Shown here: positions 16,063-22,990 of the stretch, piece after piece
Position numbering within the stretch: position 1 is the first letter of the stretch
Layout: each line of letters starts with the position of its first letter
From: Armatimonadota bacterium
GTDB taxonomy: Bacteria; Armatimonadota; UBA10988
Assembly: GCA_016235455.1 (NCBI GenBank)
Contig: JACRKZ010000039.1
Span: 1-37,957 of the forward strand
Direction: 5' to 3'
DNA: 37,957 bases
Notes under the pieces: generated by a model
Seen by the model: the letters and a program-made list of their open reading frames with translations, nothing else
The model's database searches: none
Told to the model about the DNA's origin: nothing
Program-made: the position numbers and the translations under genes

Positions 16063-18618
16063 ATGCGTTACCTGCTGGCCCTCGTCCTGCTGATTCTGCC
16101 CGCGCTCGGCGCCGAGCCCATCTGTCTGGGAGACCTGGAGCCGGCCACAGCCACCATCGGCTGGGGCGCGCTCGGCTTCGACCGCAGCGTGGAAGGCAAG
16201 CCGCTCACGCTCGGCGGGCGGGTCTATGAGCATGGCCTGGGCACGCACGCCCCGAGCACTGTCGAGTACGACCTCGACGGCTGCTACGAGCGCTTCGAGG
16301 CCACCGTCGGCGTCGACGATGAGATGGACTATTTCGGCAAGTCGTCGCTGGTCTTCCGCGTGCTGGTCGACGGCAAGCTGGCCTTCGACAGCGGCCTGAT
16401 GGGCACCACCACCGAGGCCAAGGCCGTGGATGTGCCATTACGCGGCGTCCGGCAACTGCGCCTGGTTGTCTCCGACGGCGGCGACAACATGAACGGCGAC
16501 CACGGCGACTGGGCCGATGCCCGGCTCACGCCCGGCACGTCCGGCAGCGCGACCGCATCGACCAGCTTCGACCTGTCCAGTCAGCGCGTGGGCGATGGGC
16601 GCCTGGCTTTGGTGCTCGGTGGCGATGGCCGCATCGCCGGCGCCACCCTCCGCGGGTCGAGCCTGGGCCTGCGCGGCGGCACAACGCTCAACGGCTGCCG
16701 CGACGTCGCGTCCACCTTGCTGCGGCGCGATGGCGCCGCGCTGGTTGCCCGGCGCACCGTATCAAGCGACAAGGGTGGCCAGACCTGCCAGGTGACCGAA
16801 CGCTTCGAGCCCACGGGCAACAGCCTGCGCTGGACCGTCGAACTGAACAGCCCGGACGCGCCGTGGAGCACGGTCATCGACACCGGCATCGTCTGGCCGG
16901 AGCCCGAGCGAGCGCGCGTCTGGGCCGCCTGGCAGGACCCGACCGGCGCCCATGACGGCCGCTGGCGCGATCCGCTCGAGCCCCAGCCCTTCGCCACGCG
17001 ACGCATGTCCTATGGCCAGCCGCGCATCGAGACCGGCCATGGCGGCTGGGAGCGCGGCACCGTGGCCACGCTGCCGCTGCTCACCGTGCTCGCCCCCGAA
17101 GGCGGCCTTAGCCTGGTGCGCTCGCCGGAGGACCACATCCTCGACGCCGAGCTGGGCGTCAGCCGCGCCGGCTCGCTGTCGTTCCGACACGACAAGCTGC
17201 GCCTGGGCCAAGGCAAGACGGTCCGGCTGACCTTCGACCTGGTCGCCCACGCCGCCGAACCGCGCGCCGCGCTGGCCTGGCTCCGTGGGCGCTACCCACG
17301 CTTTTTCCAGCCGCCGCGACCCGAAGTGCACGACATCGCCGGCTGCGCCGCCTACTCTGGCGACGAACGCCAGGTCGATGCCGACCGACTGCGCCGCATG
17401 GGCTTCCGCGTCAACTGGAAGCTGTCCGACGACTTCCCCTACATGGGCATGTTCATCCCGCCGGTCAAGGACGCGAGCGAGCGCTGGCAGCGCGCCAACG
17501 ACGAACCTCAGCCGCCCGGCAAGCCGCGCGACACCTCGTGCCAGCAACTCAACGACTACGCCAGATGGATGCGCAGCCAAGGCTTTGCCGTACTCAGCTA
17601 CTTCAACGTGACCGAGTTCGGCCGCAAACTGCCCGCCGCTCTGCCCGCCGCCAAGCGCGCCGCGGACGACCCGCTGCTATGGCTGGAGTCGGGCGACTGG
17701 CTGCGCTTCCGGCTGCCGACCGCCGCCTTCGCACCGCCCAAGCTGACCTGTTACGAAGCCTATGTCACCGACTGCGGCGACCCGGCCTACCAACGACACA
17801 TCCTCGAGCAGGCCGAGCGGCACATCCGCTTGCTGCCCGACACCAGCGGCATCTGCATCGACCGCGGCGACTGGCTGAAGTACTACAACCCGAACGCCGA
17901 CGACGGCATCTCGCTCTACGAGGGCCGGCCGGCGCGGGCGTTGGTCGAGTCGTGGAAGTCGCTCATGGCGCAACTGGGGCCGACCATGCACCGCGCCGGC
18001 CGCTTCATCTTCAGCAACCCAATGCACCCGCGGCTGGACCTGGTAGGCCAACTCGATGGCCTTTACACCGAGTTCGGCAACCAGCCCACGGTCATCAACG
18101 GCCTCAGTCTGCTCTGCCTGGACAAGCCACTGCTCTGCTGGACGACCGACGGCGACGCGCTCGACGACGCCTTCTTCCAGCGCCATCTGTACCTGGGTGC
18201 CTGGCCCACGGCGCCGTACCCCAGCAACAACCACTGCATCACGCCCTCGGCCGAACGCGACCGCTGGTACTTCGACTACGGTCCGCTCTTCGATCTGCAG
18301 CGCGGACGGCACTGGGTGCTGGAGCCGGGCTGCGTGAGCGCCGACGCGGCCAAGGCCAACCTGTTCCGGCTGCCCGACGGATGGCTGGCGCCGGTGGTCA
18401 TGGCCAGCGCGCCGACCGTCCGCGTCAAGCTGCGCGGGCCCGGCCTCGGCGTGGCCTGGCGCGCGCACTACCCCGGCCGGGCCGACAGCCTGCCGGTGGA
18501 GGCTGAGGCGGACGGCGATGCAGTGGTGCTGACCGTGTCGACGGTGCGCGGCTGCGCGGTGCTGCGCGGCACAGAGTTGCCGCGGCGAGCGACCCGCGCC
18601 GACGATCTACTTCGGTAG
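16063..18618 (+). CDS. Secreted NPCBM/NEW2 domain protein with putative glycoside hydrolase catalytic domain
   Basis: Signal peptide MRYLLALVLLILPALGA; NPCBM motifs GWG, DRSVEGKPLTLGG, GLGTHAPS, FEATVGVDD, GDHGDWADARL; TIM-barrel-like region (YFNVTEFG, GICIDRGDW). Confidence 0.8.
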   Translation: MRYLLALVLLILPALGAEPICLGDLEPATATIGWGALGFDRSVEGKPLTLGGRVYEHGLGTHAPSTVEYDLDGCYERFEATVGVDDEMDYFGKSSLVFRVLVDGKLAFDSGLMGTTTEAKAVDVPLRGVRQLRLVVSDGGDNMNGDHGDWADARLTPGTSGSATASTSFDLSSQRVGDGRLALVLGGDGRIAGATLRGSSLGLRGGTTLNGCRDVASTLLRRDGAALVARRTVSSDKGGQTCQVTERFEPTGNSLRWTVELNSPDAPWSTVIDTGIVWPEPERARVWAAWQDPTGAHDGRWRDPLEPQPFATRRMSYGQPRIETGHGGWERGTVATLPLLTVLAPEGGLSLVRSPEDHILDAELGVSRAGSLSFRHDKLRLGQGKTVRLTFDLVAHAAEPRAALAWLRGRYPRFFQPPRPEVHDIAGCAAYSGDERQVDADRLRRMGFRVNWKLSDDFPYMGMFIPPVKDASERWQRANDEPQPPGKPRDTSCQQLNDYARWMRSQGFAVLSYFNVTEFGRKLPAALPAAKRAADDPLLWLESGDWLRFRLPTAAFAPPKLTCYEAYVTDCGDPAYQRHILEQAERHIRLLPDTSGICIDRGDWLKYYNPNADDGISLYEGRPARALVESWKSLMAQLGPTMHRAGRFIFSNPMHPRLDLVGQLDGLYTEFGNQPTVINGLSLLCLDKPLLCWTTDGDALDDAFFQRHLYLGAWPTAPYPSNNHCITPSAERDRWYFDYGPLFDLQRGRHWVLEPGCVSADAAKANLFRLPDGWLAPVVMASAPTVRVKLRGPGLGVAWRAHYPGRADSLPVEAEADGDAVVLTVSTVRGCAVLRGTELPRRATRADDLLR

Positions 18619-18638
18619 CATGGTAGACGTCTACCATG
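18619..18638. other. Perfect 20-bp palindrome CATGGTAGACGTCTACCATG
   Basis: Self-complementary; starts immediately after the stop codon at 18618. Confidence 0.7.
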
Positions 18639-18722
18639 GTAGGGGATGAGGCGGACAGGCGCTCGAGGGCGGAACGGCTCTGTCCAGGGACCTTGCGGCC
18701 GGTGCTACTTGGGGTTGTCGCC

Positions 18723-18752
18723 TTGACAGAATGGCCCCAACGGGGCTAATCT
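18723..18752 (+). promoter_or_regulatory. sigma70 promoter of tRNA-Arg
   Basis: TTGACA-N18-TAATCT, 11 nt upstream of the tRNA. Confidence 0.7.
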
Positions 18753-18763
18753 AGGCGACGTAC

Positions 18764-18837
18764 GCGCCCGTAGCTCAGCGGATTAGAGCACCTGACTTCG
18801 GATCAGGGGGTCGGGGGTTCGAGTCCCTCCGGGCGTG
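18764..18837 (+). tRNA. tRNA-Arg (anticodon TCG), CCA not encoded
   Basis: Cloverleaf: GCGCCCG/CGGGCGT acceptor, GCTC/GAGC D-stem, CCTGA-CT TCG GA-TCAGG anticodon arm, GGGGG-TTCGAGT-CCCTC T-arm. Confidence 0.95.
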
Positions 18838-19792
18838 CTTCTTCTTCCTCAGGCGCCTGGGCCGTCGGCTCAGGCACGGATGCCGCACTGCGCCGAGCCG
18901 GCCGCAGCAGACACGCCAGCCACCCGCACAGCGCCAGCGTGACCACGAGGCTGCCGCTCACACCGCTGAACCCGCCGGAGATGATCGGCGGCAGGCTCGC
19001 CGCATAGGCGTGTTCCAGGCTGCTGTCGCTCAGCGCCAGGTCGGCCATGCGTTCCACCGCGGTCCAGCCGGCCAGCAAGCCCAGCGCCCAGCCCAGCGAT
19101 CCGCCGCGCAGCCGCACCAGGGCCAGAGCGCCGCCCGCCAGCAGCAGATTGAACAGGCAGAGCGGGCTGACGTAGGTGCTGGCCAGATGCGGCAGCGCGA
19201 ATACCGCCGCAACGAACACCGCGGCGCGCGCCGTGCCCCAGGCGTGCTCGGCGCGGTACAGGCAGTGACCAAACGGCACGATGCTGCGGCCCATGGCGTA
19301 GCACAGGCCCAGCGCCAGCAGCGCCAGACCCTTGGGTTCCCGCCAGTATTCGCCTTCGGCCGCGAGCCAGAGAAGGTAGCCGCCCCAGGCCGATGGCGTG
19401 CCGGACAGCGCCGCCAACGTCATCCACACGACGTGATAGGCCAGCGTGCCCAGCGCCAAGCCGATGACCAGGTCGCGCACCACCCGCCAGCCGCGCAGGC
19501 CGAGTTCGCCCAGCGGGTCGGCCGTGTTGAGGCGGGCGGCGAGCACCAGTGTTAGCAGTGGCAGCGAGAGGTAGGCCACGCGGAAGACAAGGTCCTCCGC
19601 GCAGTGCGCCTCCACCAGCGCGTGGACGCGCGGCGCTCCGAGGAAGCGCAGTTGGGGCAGCGAATGGCGGTAGCTGGAACGGATCGCGACCTCGACCGCC
19701 GCCAGGATGAGCCCGTAGACGACCACCGAGCGCGCCAGGTACATCTTGGCGCGGGACTGGGCGACATCGAGATCGGTCAGGTCGCGGCGCAT
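18803..19792 (-). CDS. CPBP (CAAX protease/Abi) family-like intramembrane protein with degenerate catalytic motifs
   Basis: Start MRRDLTDL after GGGAGAG RBS; multi-TM; LGLRG, VFALPHL, LRGGSLGWALGL, ISGGFSGVSGS match CPBP layout, but EExxxR and HxxxN are absent. Confidence 0.72.
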   Translation of the reverse strand: MRRDLTDLDVAQSRAKMYLARSVVVYGLILAAVEVAIRSSYRHSLPQLRFLGAPRVHALVEAHCAEDLVFRVAYLSLPLLTLVLAARLNTADPLGELGLRGWRVVRDLVIGLALGTLAYHVVWMTLAALSGTPSAWGGYLLWLAAEGEYWREPKGLALLALGLCYAMGRSIVPFGHCLYRAEHAWGTARAAVFVAAVFALPHLASTYVSPLCLFNLLLAGGALALVRLRGGSLGWALGLLAGWTAVERMADLALSDSSLEHAYAASLPPIISGGFSGVSGSLVVTLALCGWLACLLRPARRSAASVPEPTAQAPEEEEARPEGLEPPTP

Positions 19793-19803
19793 GGGCTCTC
19801 CCA

Positions 19804-19834
19804 AAGCAAACGCGGCCCGGAAGACCGGGCCGCG
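19804..19834 (-). terminator. Rho-independent terminator after tRNA-Ala
   Basis: 10-bp GC stem CGCGGCCCGG/CCGGGCCGCG with 4-nt loop, followed by TTTGCTTT on the minus strand. Confidence 0.75.
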
Positions 19835-19838
19835 CGTA

Positions 19839-19911
19839 TGGAGGTGAGGGGACTCGAACCCCTGGCCTCTTGAGTGCGATTCAAGCGCTCTCCCAGCTGA
19901 GCTACACCCCC
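19839..19911 (-). tRNA. tRNA-Ala (anticodon CGC), CCA not encoded
   Basis: GGGGGTG/CACCTCC acceptor with G3:U70; CTTGA-AT CGC AC-TCAAG anticodon arm; AGGGG-TTCGAGT-CCCCT T-arm; discriminator A. Confidence 0.95.
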
Positions 19912-19924
19912 AGGGCCATGCGAA

Positions 19925-19953
19925 ACAATAGCACTGCGCCGCCGCGTTGTCAA
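19925..19953 (-). promoter_or_regulatory. sigma70 promoter of tRNA-Ala
   Basis: Minus strand TTGACA-N17-TATTGT with TGn extension; the -35 box overlaps the TGA of the upstream gene. Confidence 0.72.
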
Positions 19954-20795
19954 TGCTCTCGCGATCCCGGCTCGACGGCAGTGCTTCCGCCGCCCACGGA
20001 GATGGCCGGCTCATCGAAGACCATGGCGTCATGTTCGCCGAGCAGGCGGTCGAAGCGCGCGCCTTCGTCGAGTTCCTCGTCGAGCAGGGCCTCGGTGGAG
20101 TCCATCTCGTCGAGGCTGGCCGACAGACGCCTCATGCTGCCGGCGAACTCCTGGAGTTGCTCGGTCATCGCGCTCTCGCCGCCGGCACTCATCGAGGCGG
20201 CCATGGCTTCGGAGAAGTCGAGCAGCGCGCCCTCAAATGCGTCGGCGAAGCTCTCGAGCAGTTTGTACTCGCGGTCCACGCGGGCCTGCAGGCTGGCCAG
20301 CCGACCGGGCCGCCGCATGCTCTCGGCGCACATATCGTACATGCGCCGCAACTCGTCGACCCGTTCCACGCGCTGGAAGAAGGCCAGCAGCCCCTCGCGC
20401 ACGAGGCTCAGGTGCGTGCCGAACTCACCGGAGTGACGGAACCAGGCGTTCTGCGCGGACAGGTTGGCGATGGTCGTGTAGACCGACAGTACGGTATCGA
20501 CGTACTCGTCGAGCGACCAGTCGATGCGCGACAGCTTCTCGCAGTGGCCCAGCAACTCCGAGTCGAGGCCGGCCTCGCGCCACTGGCTCTCGAGTCGCTT
20601 CTTCTGCCACAGGCCGCCCAGCGGCACCCAGACAAACATGGCGTTGACGATGGCGATGAGCGCGATGAGCCCGTTGCCCGTGGCGTTGGCCAGACCCATG
20701 AGCAGGAAGGCGAGTCCGCCCACGCCAATCGCCGAGACCATGTCGCTGCGGCGGTCGTTGTAATAGAGACGCAGATCCTCAAGCGTTACGCGCAT
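19950..20795 (-). CDS. Hypothetical membrane protein (two N-terminal TM helices, helical/coiled-coil acidic domain)
   Basis: 281-aa ORF with normal composition, GGAAGG RBS, hydrophobic residues ~20-62; downstream of and codirectional with the metallophosphoesterase. Confidence 0.7.
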   Translation of the reverse strand: MRVTLEDLRLYYNDRRSDMVSAIGVGGLAFLLMGLANATGNGLIALIAIVNAMFVWVPLGGLWQKKRLESQWREAGLDSELLGHCEKLSRIDWSLDEYVDTVLSVYTTIANLSAQNAWFRHSGEFGTHLSLVREGLLAFFQRVERVDELRRMYDMCAESMRRPGRLASLQARVDREYKLLESFADAFEGALLDFSEAMAASMSAGGESAMTEQLQEFAGSMRRLSASLDEMDSTEALLDEELDEGARFDRLLGEHDAMVFDEPAISVGGGSTAVEPGSREH

Positions 20796-20829
20796 GGCCT
20801 TCCAGTCGCGTCGTATTTTAGCACATCGC

Positions 20830-21315
20830 TCACCAGGTTACGATCTCGGCCTCGGCGCAGCCAGCGGCGATGGTCAGCCGGGCCACCGAGTGATTGGGCT
20901 GCGAACGGCGCTGGGTCGGTGAGCCGGGGTTGACGAGCATCACCCGCTCGTGCGTCTGAACACACGGCACATGGCTGTGGCCAAAGACCACCACCTGCGC
21001 ATCGGGGAAATGGCTCAGCGCGCGCGCCGCGGTGGTGCTGCCGCGGCCACGGTGGCCGTGGGTGAGGCCGACCACGACGCCGTCGAACTCCAGTCGCAGC
21101 GCGCAAGGCAGGCGGTCGGCGACCTCATGCGGGTCGCTGTTGCCGGCCACGGCGTGGACCGGCGCGTAGGCGCGCAGCACGTCCAGCACGTCGAAGCTGG
21201 TCAGATCGCCCGCGTGCAGAATGGCGTCGACGCCCTCGAACGCGGTGAATACCTCCTCGGGCAGAGGCAGGCCGCGGCCGTGGCGGTGCGTATCAGATAG
21301 CAGGCCCAGTACCAA
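20830..21315 (-). CDS. Metallophosphoesterase, YfcE/MJ0936 family
   Basis: LSDTH, HAGD, VAGNSD, THGH, FGHSH, NPGSP motifs; TTG start. Confidence 0.92.
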   Translation of the reverse strand: MVLGLLSDTHRHGRGLPLPEEVFTAFEGVDAILHAGDLTSFDVLDVLRAYAPVHAVAGNSDPHEVADRLPCALRLEFDGVVVGLTHGHRGRGSTTAARALSHFPDAQVVVFGHSHVPCVQTHERVMLVNPGSPTQRRSQPNHSVARLTIAAGCAEAEIVTW

Positions 21316-21344
21316 CGTCGGTCTCCGGCCGTATCGTTGCTCCG

Positions 21345-21373
21345 TTCGCCGGTCTTGGCAAGGGCGCTACAAT
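21345..21373 (+). promoter_or_regulatory. Possible sigma70 promoter for the ECF sigma operon
   Basis: TTCGCC-N17-TACAAT in the divergent intergenic region. Confidence 0.35.
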
Positions 21374-21485
21374 GGTCGCGCATAGGAATCAGGCTGGCCG
21401 GCGCGAAAGACTTCGTTGGAACAGGCAGGGTAAACAGGTCCATGCATAGCGGGGTAGACTGGGACAGAGACGGACGAGGTGACGG

Positions 21486-22058
21486 GTGACGAGTGACGAC
21501 GCAGCACTGGTGCGGCGCGCTCAAGCCGGTGACCGCGTGGCCTTCTCGGAACTGGTGAGGCTGTACCAGCGGCCGGTCTTCGGCTTCGTCTACCGCCTCA
21601 TCCAGGACGAGGGTGCCGCCGCCGACGTCACCCAGGATGTCTTCGTCCGGGCCTGGAACTACCTGCATCGCTTCGATGCCGAGCGGCCGTTCCGGCCCTG
21701 GCTGTACCGCATCGCGGCCAACCGGGCCTCCAGCCGGCGCGAGAAGGATCGCGCCCACGGCACGGTGGGCCTGGACGATGTGGAGCTGGATCCGCCCGCG
21801 CCCGACGACGTGGAGTCGGACCTGGAGCGCAAGGAGCTTGCGGTGCGCGTGCGCACCGCGATCAGCGAGTTGTCGCCCCAGCAGCGCGAGGCCATGGTGC
21901 TGGTGGAGCTCGAGGGCCAGAGCGCCATCGAGGCCGCGGAAGTCATGGGCTGTTCGGCCGCCACGGTCAGGCAGCACATCTTCCGCGGCAAGAAACGTTT
22001 GAGGCAGCTCCTCGCGGCCTATGTGACCGGTCGCGAGCCGAATGCGGAGGAAGTCTGA
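21486..22058 (+). CDS. ECF RNA polymerase sigma factor (sigma-70 family)
   Basis: GDRVAFSELVRLYQ, AADVTQDVFVRAW, FRPWLYRIAAN, LSPQQREAMVL, EAAEVMGCSAATVRQHIFRGK. Confidence 0.93.
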   Translation: MTSDDAALVRRAQAGDRVAFSELVRLYQRPVFGFVYRLIQDEGAAADVTQDVFVRAWNYLHRFDAERPFRPWLYRIAANRASSRREKDRAHGTVGLDDVELDPPAPDDVESDLERKELAVRVRTAISELSPQQREAMVLVELEGQSAIEAAEVMGCSAATVRQHIFRGKKRLRQLLAAYVTGREPNAEEV

Positions 22059-22990
22059 TGCGCTGCGGCGCCGTACACAACATGATGGTGGAGTTCGCCG
22101 CGGACGGCGTTGATCCGGTCCGCGAGGCGGACTTCCGCGCCCACCTCGCCGCGTGCGCCCCGTGCCGCGCGGAGTGGGCCGAGATCGAGGAGGCCAACGC
22201 GCTGTTGGCGTCCTATGATCTACCGATGCCGGACGACGCCTTCTTCCAGCGCATGACCCACGCCGTCATGGCCGCCACCGAATCTCAGCCCGTGCGCCGC
22301 CCGGCCTTCCGGCTGCGCTGGGCTGGCGCCAGCGCGCTGGCCTGTCTGGTCCTCGCCGTCGGCTTCTGGCGCCAGACGGGCGGGCCGCAGCCGGACCTTG
22401 TCACGCCGGCGTCGCCGGTCGCCACCGGCCTGGCCCAGCCCGAGTTGGCTGCCGCGCCGGCCGCCGCGCCCGCCAAGGTGGCAGTCGCGCCGGCTATGCC
22501 AGCTTCTGCCGTGGCGCCCGTCACGACCTCCGCGCCGGCCTCGGTCGCGGTCGCGCGGGCCGCGCGCGCCCCGCGTGTCCACCGGACGCCGGTGGAGGCG
22601 CCGGTCCGTGTCGCCGCGGCGCCGATGCCCGACGCCCCCGTGGTCGCCCTCAAGCCCGCGGCACCACCGGCCGGACCACTGACGACCAGCGTGGCCGACG
22701 CGTCGCTGAGCTTGCCATCGCGGGTAGCTCCGGGTCTGGGCGGACGCAGCGCAGTGATGGCCGCTCTGGCCGCGGCCGCCAACGATACCGAGGAAACCGC
22801 CGCCGGCTCGATGTCGTCGGAGACGTTGGTGTTGGCGATGGCGCCCGAGGTCGAGGACCTGGGTTCGAGCACCCTGGTGGTGCAACCGAGCGAGGTGCCA
22901 GCCGCCGAGCGCAAGCGGTCCGTTCGTCCCGCGGTGTCGGTGGTTGGTGCTGCCCTGGCCCAACCTGCGTGCGAGCTTAACCAGCCATGA
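22058..22990 (+). CDS. Zinc-binding (zf-HC2) transmembrane anti-sigma factor
   Basis: HLAACAPC (HxxxCxxC), one TM helix, Pro/Ala-rich extracytoplasmic tail; TGATG overlap with the sigma gene. Confidence 0.85.
   Translation: MRCGAVHNMMVEFAADGVDPVREADFRAHLAACAPCRAEWAEIEEANALLASYDLPMPDDAFFQRMTHAVMAATESQPVRRPAFRLRWAGASALACLVLAVGFWRQTGGPQPDLVTPASPVATGLAQPELAAAPAAAPAKVAVAPAMPASAVAPVTTSAPASVAVARAARAPRVHRTPVEAPVRVAAAPMPDAPVVALKPAAPPAGPLTTSVADASLSLPSRVAPGLGGRSAVMAALAAAANDTEETAAGSMSSETLVLAMAPEVEDLGSSTLVVQPSEVPAAERKRSVRPAVSVVGAALAQPACELNQP

Noticed and set aside
18764-19911. tRNA-anchored prophage or genomic island
   Set aside because: No integrase and no duplicated tRNA 3' end (att site) found in the window
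19793-20032. N-terminal extension of the CPBP ORF to 20032
   Set aside because: It would run through tRNA-Ala, its promoter and its terminator; an RBS supports ATG 19792
21418-21445. ECF autoregulatory promoter (GGAAC...GTCCA)
   Set aside because: Spacing and the -10 element do not fit convincingly; cannot be supported without ECF group assignment
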